The notes below the pieces were generated by a model, which had not been told where the DNA came from, made no database searches, and worked only from the letters and a program-made list of their open reading frames with translations. Of a stretch of DNA of 64,000 bases, positions 21,400-32,426 are shown one piece after another. The position numbers and the translations under genes were made by a program. This DNA comes from Pristiophorus japonicus. Taxonomy: Eukaryota. How positions within the stretch are numbered: the stretch's first letter is position 1; each line of letters opens with the position of its first letter. Where the stretch lies: assembly GCF_044704955.1 (NCBI RefSeq), contig NC_091987.1:133114001-133178000 (forward strand), written 5' to 3'.

Positions 21400-22596
21400 C
21401 ACGGGGTCCCTTAAGGGCTACACCCACCCCAAAGTCACAGGCCTTAATGGTCTTTATTGGCCTTGTATATTTAACTGAGCAGAGGAGCCCTTAACGAGGC
21501 ACCACTCCCCTAGTTGGCAATTGGGGAGGGGCCTTGCTCCCTCTGCTCAGTTGTCTTAATTGTTTTATCTTTTTTTTTAAATTAGAAGAAAGGGGTCTCA
21601 GAGAGAGAGGGGAGAAACAGAGTAACAGAGAAGGAGAGAGGGGGGGGGGGTGGGAAGGGGGGATGGGGGGACTGCGAGGGCAGGTCTCCCCTCGCAGCTG
21701 TGGGTGGGTGCAATCCCCAGATGGCAAAACACAAACACAGTCTTTGGGGTGGTCTTCAGGTGAGGGGAGAAGATGTCTTCACCTGGGGCAGCTAGAGCCA
21801 CCAGGCACACACTCCTAACGATGTTTAATTAGGTGATTAAGAAAAAATCTTCAGCCTGGTAGCTCCAGCTATCCCAGGCTAGGCAATTGGGGGGGGGGGG
21901 TTCAATTGTGGGGGGGGCCTAGTTGCAAGCAAGGCCCCCACACACACTACCACACACACACACCCCCCGCGATGTTCCGGCCCTCAGTGGTCTTCTTTCC
22001 TCCCCCCACCGATATAACAAAGTCTTTTTGGGAAATGCACCCACACCCACCTGTAGAAATGTAGAGTCTCCCTCCTTCCACACTGGATGTTGTTGTTGTT
22101 GGTCTTTTCCCCCTCTCTCCAACACCTTGCAGAAATGGTAAAGAGTTGTTTAAAGTTTTCTGCTTTTTCCTCCTCTCCCTCTGGGTGAAAGTTGGTGGTG
22201 AAGCCCCTTCCTTCCTTCTCTTCCTGGGCTGGTCTCAGGGCTCTCCAGGCAGGGGCAAAAGTTGATAGCTGCTCCTCTCACAGCAGCTCAGCTCCTCTGA
22301 GCAGGACACGCCTCCACTGCTCCACAATTGGTCCTTGTGCATGAAACTCTTTTAGAGTCTACCTGCAAAACATAAACATTAAACTGTGCCACCCGACCTG
22401 GGTGACACACCAGACATTTACAAGGCCCTTTTTTTCCTTTTTTTGGTTTTTTTTTGTGTTTTTTTTTTGTGTTTTTTTTTGTGTTTTTTTTTTTTTTTGG
22501 GCACTAAAATCACAATTTCTCCGGTGCCCCCTATAAAAGGGAAGGGGACACTAAAAGCACCGGCAATTAAAACAAATTAAACTTTAAAACGTAAAA

Positions 22597-25500
22597 TCAA
22601 ATTAAAATTTGGTTGCCGGGCGTGATGATGCACTCCAGTCCCTCCGGTGCCCACCTCTCGCGGAAGGCCGCGAGCGTACCGGTGGACACTGCGTGCTCCA
22701 TCTCCAAGGACACCCTGGACCGGATGTAAGAGCGGAAGAGAGGCAGGCAGTCAGGTTGAACGACCCCCTCGACCGCCCGCTGCCTGGACCGGCTGATGGC
22801 ACCCTTGGCCGTGCCCAGGAGCAGTCCTACGAGGAGGCCTTCGGACCTACCCGCTCCCCTCCGCACAGGGTGCCCAAAGATCAGGAGCGTGGGACTGAAG
22901 TGCAGCCAGAATTTCAGGAGCAGCCCCTTCAAATAATGGAACAGGGGCTGCAACCTCGTGCACTCAATAAAAACATGGAACACGGACTCCTCCAGACCGC
23001 AGAAATTGCAGGCGGCCTGGGAGTCCGTGAACCGGCTTAAAAATTTGTTGCACGGCACTGCTCCGTGCACCACCCTCCAGGTCAAGTCCCCGATGAATAG
23101 TAGGAGACCCCTGCGTAGAGTGCCCTCCATCGGGGACCCCCGCCTCCTCCGGACGGCAAGATGGTACGCCATGGCGTGTCCGGACGGCCGGCGAGGATGG
23201 CAAAGTTGAGGGTGTGCAGGAGCAGCCCGTACAGGAAACCCCTCCGCGCGGAACTGAAAGGCACGGAGAGGATTTCCCCGAGGCGGCTCAAGTTGTGAGG
23301 CGCCGGCCCCCGAGGGAGGTTCCGGGGTTTGGCGCCGATGAGGAATTCCGTCCGGACGGGGGTCAGTTCGGACGGGATCTCCCCACGTGCTTGAGCCTCC
23401 TCGATGCACCTAACGGAGTCAGGGCCCAGAGCTGTTTTTAGCGACTCGATGGCATCGGCCGCGTGGCGGACATTGGCAGAGTTTAGGCGCCGCGCCAGCG
23501 TGTCTGGCGCCATCCAGCCCGCTCCTCCGCCATCGAGCAGGTCCCTGACCCTGGTCACCTCACCAGCCACAGCCCTCTCTTCCGACCGCCACATGAAACC
23601 TCGGCCGTGGAGGTACGGATTCCCGAGCAGCGGCTCCTGCAGGACGGCCGCCACTCCAGCCGGCGGAGAGCTGCGCTTGGTGGAGACTTTGTTCCAGACC
23701 CTGATGAGTTCCCTGTAAAAGACAGGCAGCTCCCGGAGGGCGGTCCTGGCACCCCCCAAGTTCACAAACAGGAGCTGCGTGTCATAATTGAGGTCGCGCT
23801 GCTGGCGGAAGAAATACCTCGCCAGAGCACACCACCTAGGAGGGGGCTCGACGTAAAGGTATCTCTGCAGGGTCTGAAGACGGAAAGTCGCGAGCTGGGC
23901 GCTGACGCACACCAACGACTGACCGCCCTCCTCAAGCGGGAGACTCAAGACCGCGGCAGAGACCCAGTGCTTCCTGTTGTTCCAGAAGAAGTCCACCAGC
24001 TTCTTCTGTATCTTGGCGACAAACGCAGGGGGAGGGGTCAAAGTGACCAGCCGGTACCACAACATTGCGGCCACCAGCTGGTTTATGACTAGCGCTCGAC
24101 CCCTGTAGGACAGCACTCGGAGCAGTCCTGTCCAGCGCCCTAGGCGAGCGGCGACCTTGGCCTCCAGCTCCTGCCAGTTCGCCGGCCAGGCTCCCTCGTC
24201 GGGGCTAAGGTAGACTCCCAGATAGAGGAGATGGGTCGTGCTCCAGGCAAAAGGCCTGAGCTCCTCCGGCAGGGAGTCCACCCGCCACTGACCCACCAGG
24301 AGTCCGGAACATTTCTCCCAGTTGATCCTGGCGGAGGACGCGGCCGAGTAAATCTCCTGGCACTCACGCATCCTCCGCAGGTCAGCGGGATCTTCTACCG
24401 CGAGGAGCACGTCATCGGCGTAAGCCGAGAGGACGACCTCCACGCCCGGCCCTTGCAGAGCCAGTCCCGTCAACCTCGTCCGCAAGAGGCGCAGGAAAGG
24501 CTCCACGCAAACGGCGTATAACTGGCCGGACATGGGGCATCCCTGGCGCACCCCTCTCCTAAAGCGAAGGGGCGCCGTCAAGGACCCGTTAACCTTAATC
24601 AGACACTCCGCGGCGGCGTACAAAAGTCGGATCCGGGCGACGAAATGCGTCCCGAACCCGAAAGCGCGCAGAGTTCCGAGCAGATAGTCGTGATCCACCC
24701 TGTCGAACGCCTTCTCTTGGTCGAGGGATAGGAAGGCGACCGACAGACCAGCCTCCTGGGAACAATGGATGAGGTCCCGGACCAGATGGATGTTATCGTG
24801 GATTGTCCGGCCCGGGACCGTGTAGGACTGGTCGGGGTGGATCATGTGGTCCAGCACGGCACCAAGGCGAGCAGACATCGCCCTGGCGAAGATTTTGTAG
24901 TCCGTGCTGAGGAGGGAGACCGGGCGCCAGTTCTTAAGGAGGCGGAGATCGCCCTTCTTAGGCAGCAGGACGATGACTGCCCTGCGCCAAGAGAGGGGCA
25001 TCTCCCCGGTCGCCAGACTTTCCCCCAGGACCCGCACGTAGTCGCTCCCCAGGACGTCCCAGAATGCCCTGTGGAACTCCACGGTCAGCCCGTCCAGCCC
25101 CGGGGATTTTCCCCTCGAGAGCCGGGCGAGGGCACCGGTCAGCTCCGCCAGGCTTAGCGGAGCTTCCAGATTTTCGGCGCCCTCCGGGCTGACCTTCGGC
25201 AGGTCCTCCCACAAAACTCTACGCGCTTCCTCGCTGGACGGATCCGGAGAGAACAGAGCCCCGTAATATTCACGGGCCCTGTTGTTGACGCCCTCCGGAT
25301 CCGAGACGAGAGAGCCGTCGTCGGCCAGCAGCGTCAAGAGCTGCTTACGGACACTCTGCCTTTTTTCCAGCGAGTAGAAGAAGGGGGAGCCGCGGTCCAG
25401 ATCCCGCAGGAACCGGATCCGCGACCTCACGAACGCGCCTCGGGACCCGACGAGCTGCAGGTCCTTCAGCGCGGCCCTCTTCGCTTCGTACACCGTCCGC

Positions 25501-26495
25501 AGGGCCGGGTCCTGGACGACTTGACCGAGACGGGCTTCCAGGTCGAGCACCTCTTTTTCTAGGCGCCCGACTCTGGCCGCCCGCCTCTTGGTCGACCCCC
25601 TCGCGTACTCTTGACAGAAGACGCGGACGTGAGCCTTGCCCACGTCCCACCATAGCCTCAAGGAGGGGAAGCCCCCCTGCTTCCTTCTCCAGTCGGACCA
25701 GAATCGACGGAACGAGTCCTGGAACCGCACGTCCTCCAGCAGCCGGTTGTTAAAGTGCCAGTACGCGGACCCCGTCCTCGCGCGGAGCGAAGCGAGCTCC
25801 GCCCACACCAGGTGGTGGTCCGAACACGGCACCGGCCGCATGGAGGCCGCCGGGACGCAGGAAACGTACGCCCGAGACACGTAAAGGCGGTCGACTCTAG
25901 ACCATCCAACTCCAGGCCTCACCCAAGTAAAGGCGCTGGAGTTGGGGTGGAGATTTCGCCAGACGTCCACCAAGTCGAAGGACCCGACCAGGTCCCTCAA
26001 CTTCTCCATCGCCGTCATGCACTGCGGGGCACCGGAGCGGTCCCTCGCCTCGAGGGTGCAGTTAAAATCCCCCCCGAGGACAATGCAGTCGCCGACGTCG
26101 ACGGAGCCAAGAAGAGCGGACACCTCTTCAAAGAAGCGCGTTTGCTGCGGGCCGGGCTGAGGGGCGTACACGTTCACGAGATGGAGCGGCACGTCCCCCA
26201 GGCGAACCGTTACGTGCAGCAAGCAGCCTGGCACGGGCTCCTCGACCCCCAAGATCTCCGGCTGAAAATGCGGGCCCAGCAAGATGGCCACCCCACTAGA
26301 AATGGCGGTGAGGTGGCTCATGCGGACCTCTCCTTGCCATTCCAGGAGCCACGTGGCTTCGTCTCCCGGAACGGTGTGGGTTTCTTGCAGGAAGCACACC
26401 GCATATTTCCCCTCCCGCAGGAGCGAAAAATTGTCAAATCTACGGCGTGCCCCTCTGCCGCCGTTGATGTTGAGGCTGGCTATGGTTATCTTCAT
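22597..26495 (-). pseudogene. Tx1 copy 2 ORF2, single 1-bp deletion near 23105
   Basis: 3899 nt versus 3900 nt in copy 1; ORFs 23082-26567 and 22597-23409 together give the full protein. Confidence 0.88.
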
Positions 26496-26521
26496 GGCAA
26501 AAGCATAGTGCAACCTCTTCC

Positions 26522-28612
26522 TTAGCCTATTGTGGGGGAGGGAGTGGAGTCGTTTGTTGACCTCCACTCCATCAGCAGCCCAGCGAGGAACTTTTTGAGC
26601 CGGCGCAGCTCAAGGCCTTGAGCCTTTGATAAGGGCCCGCCCGCGGCCATGGTTTTAGCGGCGGCGCGGACGGACGCGACGAGCAGCCCCGGCTCGGACC
26701 ATCTTTCCAGGGCCAGACGGGCTTGGTCGCGGCGACCCCGGCACTGGACCAAAAAGTCCCGGAGTTCCTCTGCGGGAATGAGGAGGGTCTCAGTGGCGGC
26801 CGCGAGCAGATCCACCGCCTCACTGGCGATGGACTAGAGATCTTCACCCGCGTCCTCCACCGAGTCCCCGTCCCCCTCCGGGAGGTCGCCGCTAGCAGCC
26901 GGCCCGTCGACCGCAGGAGGTACGGCAAACGGCCCGGCCGCTCCATTTGGCCCTGGCTCTGCCCCGATCCCACCCCCAGGATCGTCGGCAGAGGAGTCCC
27001 CACTGGGCTCTTTTAAAATTGGTGCTGGGTCGGGAAGCGACAGCGGAAGGGGTTCCCCCTCCTCCCCAGGAACCGGGGAACAGGGAGAGACCTGGTCAAA
27101 GTAATGTTCCAGGTCCTCCAATTCCCCCAGCTCCACAGTAGGGGGCGAGGGTTGTTGTTCTTCTCCCTCCCCGGCGCCACCCCCCAGCCCAGCGTGAACG
27201 GATTCCATAAAATTGGCATTTTCAGAGTCGAGCGACTCCCGGGGGAAGTTGGATAATAGCTGGGCGGGCTCAGGTTCAGCCTTTTCGGCCCCGCCCGCCT
27301 CAGTCTCCGGGACGCTCGACCCGGCGGCTACGCATTCTTCCACTGGCCCCACGCCCCCCACGACAGGCAGATCTGCCACGCCCTCCCCAGGAGGCAGCGG
27401 CTGGGCAGCCTCGACTGCCTCACCCTCCCCGGGGACAGACTCCTCGCGCCTGCAGCGCAATTTGGGGGCGCTGGTGGGGGACGCGGGACACGCGGCGGGC
27501 ACCGCCTCCTCCGCAGAGGGACGTTGTTCCCCCTCCGCCTCATCGGGGCGGTGCCTCCTTTTGTTCCTGGGGGTGCGCGGAGGCAGGGGGACCTCCATGT
27601 CTGCCGAGGCCTCCCGCTCCGCCCCCCCCTTTTCCTTATCTTGCCTTCGCCTGAGCCCCTCTGCGGTATTGGTCAAGGGCTCGGGCACGGGCGCAGGGCA
27701 CCCCGCGCTCGTCGGTGACTGGGTTGGGCTGAGCGCGGTGGTCAAACTTTCCGGCGCACTGAGGGGACCCGCCTCTAGATGTCTCGTCTTCTTCCGCGCC
27801 TTCTTTTCGATCGGACGCTCTCCCTCCCCCCCGCCGGAGGCCGTGAAAACAAAGGCCCCCGACGATGCCCGCGCACCCATGGCTCCCGGCACGCGGACGC
27901 AACTAGGGGGAGGGGTGGCGGCGGCGCCAGCCTTGGCCGCCTTCGGTGGTTTGGCGGCCTTGGAGGCGGGGCAGTTCTTACGAACGTGCCCCACCTCCCT
28001 ACAGGCATGGCACCGCACGCCGTCCGACGTCCAGAAGACGCGGTAGGCAGTCCCCTCGTGCACCACATTAAAGTGCCCTTCCGTCATGTCCTCCCGCGCC
28101 AGCCGGACAAAGAGCTGGCGGCGGAAGGAGAACACGTGGCGCAGGCTGTTCTCCCTGAGTCCGAGCGGTATGGGGTTGATCCCCGACCTTACCTCCCCCA
28201 GTTGGTGTAGGTGAGGGAGGAGGAGCTCAGCGGAAACAAATGGCGGGACGTTTGACACGATGACCCTCTGCGCGGTGGCCTCGAGAGGGTCCACCGGCAG
28301 GAACGTCCCGCCCACCGTGAGCCCCTTTTCAAGGGCCAGGGACACCGCCCGCTCCGACCCCAGGAAGAACACGGCCTTCCCAGACATCTTGGAGGCTGCG
28401 ACAATGGCCGAGGGGCCGACTACCCCAGCCATCGCCCGCACGCACTCCTCGATGGTCATTGTGGGGTGAGTGTAGCTCTTGACCCCGTGTTTTTTAGTAA
28501 TAAGTGTAAAAGGTGGCAGGGCAGCGGGTGGCGCAGGAGGTGCCGTGGAAGCGGTTGCCACCTGCGCATATGTCTTCGCTGGCCCTGCCACCGGCGTGGA
28601 TGGGGTCGCCAT
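26522..28612 (-). pseudogene. Tx1 copy 2 ORF1 with an in-frame TAG at 26834-26836
   Basis: EDL* where copy 1 reads EDLE; the frame continues to ...SPTIG* at 26522. Confidence 0.85.
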
Positions 28613-29522
28613 CACGGGGTCCCTTTAAGGGCTACACCCACCCCAAAGTCACAGGCCTTAATGGTCTTTAATGGCCTCGTATATTAACTGAGCAGAGGAG
28701 CCCTTAACGAGGCACCTCTCCCCTCGTTGGATTGGGGAGAGGCCTTGCTCCCTCTGCTCAGTTGTCTCAATTGTTTTTTTTTTAAATTAGGAAGAAAGGG
28801 CTCTCAGAGAGAGAGGGGAGAAACAGAGTAACAGAGAAAGAGAGAGGGGGGTGGGAAGCGGGGGGGGGAACTGCGAGGGCAGGTCTCCCCTCGCAGCTGT
28901 GGGTGGGTGCAATCCCAGATGGCAAAACACAAAGTCTTTGGGGTGGTCTTCAGGTGAGGGGAGAAGATGTCTTCACCTGGGGTAGCTAGAGCCAACCAGG
29001 CACACACTCCCAACGATGTTTAATTAGGTGATTAGGAGAAATTCTTGAGCCTGGTAGCTCCAGCTATCCCAGGCTAGGCAATTGGGGGGGGGGGGGTTCA
29101 ATTGTGTGTGGGGCCTAGTTGTAAGCAAGGCCCCCACACACACTTCCACACACACACACGATGTTCCGGCCCTCAGTGGTCTTCTTTCCTCCCCCCACCG
29201 ATATAACAAAGTCTTTTTGGGACTGCACCAACACCCACCTGTAGAATGGTAGAGTCTCCCTCCTTCCACACTGGATGTTGTTGGTTTTTTCCCCCTCTCT
29301 CCAACTCCTTGCAGAAATGGTAAAAAGTTGAAATGTTTTCTGCTTCCTCCTCTCCCTCTGGGTTAAAGTTGGTGGTGAAGCCCCTTCCTTCCTTCTCTTC
29401 CTGGGCTGGTCTCAGGGCTCTCCAGGCAGGGGCAAAAGTTGATAGCTGCTCCTCTCACAGCAGCTCAGCTCCTCTGAGCAGGACACGCCTCCACTGCTCC
29501 ACAATTGGTCCTTGTGCATGAA

Positions 29523-30125
29523 TCCCAAAAGGTTAGTTTGCAGGTGCAGCAGGTAATCAGGAAGGCGAATGGAATGTTGGCCTTCATTGCGAGAGGGATG
29601 GAGTACAAAAGCAGGGAGGTCCTGCTGCAACTGTATAAGGTATTGGTGAGGCCGCACCTGGAGTACTGCGTGCAGTTTTGGTCACCTTACTTAAGGAAGG
29701 ATATACTAGCTTTGGAAGGGGTACAGAGACGATTCACTAGGCTGATTCCAGAAATGAGGGGGTTATCTAATGATGATAGATTGAGTAGACTGGGTCTTTA
29801 CTCGTTGGAGTTCAGAAGGATGAGGGGTGATTTTATAGAAACATTTAAAATCATGAAAGGGATAGACAAGATAGAGGCAGAGAGGTTGTTTCCATTGATA
29901 AGGGAGACTAGAACTAGGGGGCACAGCCTCAAAATACGGAGGAGCCAATTTAAAACCGAGTTGAGAAGGAATTTCTTCTCCCAGAGGGTTGTGAATCTGT
30001 GGAATTCTCTGCCCAAGGAAGCAGTTGAGGCTAGCTCATTGAATGTTTTCAAGTCAAGGATAGATAGATTTTTAACCAATAAGGGAATTAAGGGTTACGG
30101 GGAGAGGGCGGGTAGGTGGAGCTGA
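29523..30125 (+). pseudogene. CR1 copy 1 ORF2 C-terminal part, resuming after the Tx1 pair
   Basis: QRDLGVLVHE|SQKVSLQVQQ...LVRPHLEYCVQFWSP...TRGHSLK...FFSQRVVNLWNSLP. Confidence 0.92.
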
Positions 30126-30237
30126 GTCCACAACCAGATCAGCCATGATCTTATTGAATGGTGGAACAGGCTTGAGGGGCTAGATGGCCTACTCCTGTTC
30201 CTAATTCTTATGTTCTTATGTTCTTATGTTCTTATGT

Positions 30238-32191
30238 CTCAGTACACTACTAGAACCACTACATGTCTTACTATGAAAAGAGGGCGAATGGGTTTTGGGC
30301 AAAAGCCAAGAAAATGCCTTTGTAAAAGCGAGAAAATTGTTATGCTCAAACAACTTGCTTGTGTTGTATGATCCATGTAAGCGTTTGGTACTAGCATGTG
30401 ATGCGTCGTCATATGGCGTCGGGTGTGTATTGCAACAAGCTAATGATTTTGGGAAACTGCAACCGGTTGCTTATGCATCCAGGAGTCTGTCTAAGGCTGA
30501 GAGAGCCTACAGCATGATTGAAAAAGAAGCGTTAGCATGTGTCTATGTGGTAAAGAAAATGCATCAATACCTGTTTGGGCTAAAATTCGAATTGGAAACT
30601 GACCATAAGCCACTTATATCCCTGTTTTCCAAGAGTAAAGGGATAAATACCAACGCATCGGCCCGCATCCAGATATGGGCGCTCATGTTGTCCAAATACA
30701 ACTACGCCATCCGCCACAGATCAGTCACAGAAAACTGCGCCGATGCTCTCAGTAGGCTGCCATTGCCCACCACGGGGGTGGAAATGGCACAGCCCACAGA
30801 TCTATCCATGGTTATGGAAGCATTTGAGAGTGAGCAATCATCCGTCACTGCCCGGCAGATCAAAACCTGGACAAGCCAAGACCCCTTATTATCTCTAGTC
30901 AAAAGCTGTGTTCTTCACGGGAGCTGGTCCAGTGTCCCAGTGGAAATGCAGGAAGAGATAAAGCCGTTCCAGTGGCGCAAAGGTGAAATGTCGATACAGG
31001 CAGACTGCCTTCTGTAGGGCAATCGAGTAGTGGTCCCCAAGAAGGGCAGAGGTACCTTCATCAATGACCTATGCAGTACCCATCCAGGCATCGTAATGAT
31101 GAAAGCGATAGCCAGATCCCACGTGTGGTGGCCTGGTATCGATGCGGACTTAGAGTCCTGCGTTCACAGATATAATACATGCTCGCAGTTAAGCAATGTA
31201 CCCAGGGAGGCGCCGTTAAGTTTATGATCTTGGCCCTACAAACCGTGGTCTAGGGTACACATCGACTATGCAGGCCCGTTCTTGGGTAAAATGTTCCTTG
31301 TGGTTGTAGACGCGTACTCCAAGTGGATTGAATGTGAGATAATGTTGGCTAGCACGTCTGCTGCCACTACTGAAAACCTGCAGGCCATGTTTGCCACACA
31401 CAGCTTACCCGATGTCCTGGTGAGCGACAACGGACCATGTTTTACCAGTGCTGAGTTCAAAGAATTCATGACCCGTAACGGGATCAAACATATCACATCT
31501 GCCCTGTTTAAACCAGCGTCCAATGGTCAGGCAGAGAGAGCAGTGTAAACCATCAAGCAAGGCTTGAAGAGGGTAACTGAAGGCTCACTGCAGACTCGCC
31601 TATCCCGAGTCCTGCTTAGCTACCGCACGAGACCCCACTCACTCACTGGGATCCCACCTGCAGAACTGCTCATGAAAAGAGCACTTAAGACAAGGCTCTT
31701 GTTTGTTCACCCTGATCTACAGAGCAGGCGGCTTCAACAAAGTGCATATCATGATAGTGCAAATGTGTCACGCGAGATTGAAATCAATGATCCTGTATTT
31801 GTATTAAATTATGGACAAAGTCCCAAGTGGTTTCCCGGCACTGTCGTGGCCAAAGAGGAGAGCAGGGTGTTTCGGGTCAAACTTTCAAATGGACTCATTC
31901 ACCGGAAACACTTGGACCAAATCAAACTCAGATTCACAGACTATCCTGAGCAACCCACCTTGGACCTTACCTTTTTTGATTCCCCACACAGTGGCAACCG
32001 GCACCACGGTTGACCATGAAACAGAACCCATCATCCACAGTAGCCCTGCAGAGCCAAAAACACCAGGCAGCCCAACAAGGCCAGCTGCACAGCAGCCCAG
32101 CGAGGGCCCAACAAATGATTCAACAACACCAGCTTTCACACTGAGACGATCAACCAGGGCAAGAAGGACCCTAGATCGACTCACATTGTAA
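30238..32191 (+). pseudogene. Gypsy A pol 3' part (RNase H + integrase), decayed
   Basis: LACDASSYGVG, ETDHKPL, RSHVWWPGID, VVVDAYSKW, SDNGPCF and SNGQAERAV motifs. Confidence 0.92.
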
Positions 32192-32214
32192 ATAGTGACT
32201 TTGGGGGGGAGCGT

Positions 32215-32426
32215 TGTTATATATGTGGACTTGTATTTACTCTGTACAGCCACCAGAGGGCTCATTCCCCGGAGTCCCAATGGATCCTATAATCCCTTGG
32301 GAGCACAGGTATTTAAGGAGGCTTCACAGGTTGGAGAGGCACTCTGGAGACTTGCAATAAAAGACTACGGTCACACTTTACTTTGAGCTCACAGTGTTCA
32401 GTCTGATTCTTTCCCCATACACAACA
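32215..32426 (+). repeat. 3' LTR of Gypsy A
   Basis: Direct repeat of 4581-4792 preceded by a polypurine tract. Confidence 0.93.

Larger units (their letters stand above)
15162..22329 (-). mobile_element. Full-length Tx1-clade (L1 group) non-LTR retrotransposon, copy 1 (~7.17 kb)
   Basis: Two ORFs, ~0.9-kb 5' UTR, flanked by the 16-bp TSD GGTCCTTGTGCATGAA (15146-15161, 22330-22345). Confidence 0.95.
22346..29506 (-). mobile_element. Full-length Tx1-clade retrotransposon, copy 2 (~7.16 kb), head-to-tail with copy 1
   Basis: Same termini as copy 1 (5' AATTGTGGAGCAGTGG; 3' ...AAAAGAGT); flanked by GGTCCTTGTGCATGAA (22330-22345, 29507-29522). Confidence 0.95.
10954..30237 (+). mobile_element. 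Full-length CR1 LINE (copy 1), interrupted at 15161/29523 by two Tx1 elements
   Basis: 5' monomer array, ORF1 (zinc finger + SGNH esterase), ORF2 (APE+RT), 3' UTR and (TTCTTATG)4 tail at 30205-30236. Confidence 0.95.
4581..32426 (+). mobile_element. Gypsy LTR retrotransposon A (Mag-like), defective; interrupted by Gypsy B and by the CR1/Tx1 block
   Basis: Paired 212-bp TG...CA LTRs, PBS, PPT (GGGGGGGAG 32203-32211), 5-bp TSD AAGGT (4576-4580) / GAGGT (32427-32431), gag with two zinc knuckles, protease, RNase H, integrase. Confidence 0.93.

Noticed and set aside
15380-28469. Numerous antisense and alternative-frame ORFs over the Tx1 elements
   Set aside because: Expected shadows of GC-rich coding sequence, with no recognisable motifs.
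15162-29506. The Tx1 pair as a simple segmental duplication or an LTR-like structure
   Set aside because: Only the 16-bp target separates the copies, no CR1 flank is duplicated, and the ORF1 C-terminus and 3' UTR are too diverged. An assembly check with long reads is still advisable.
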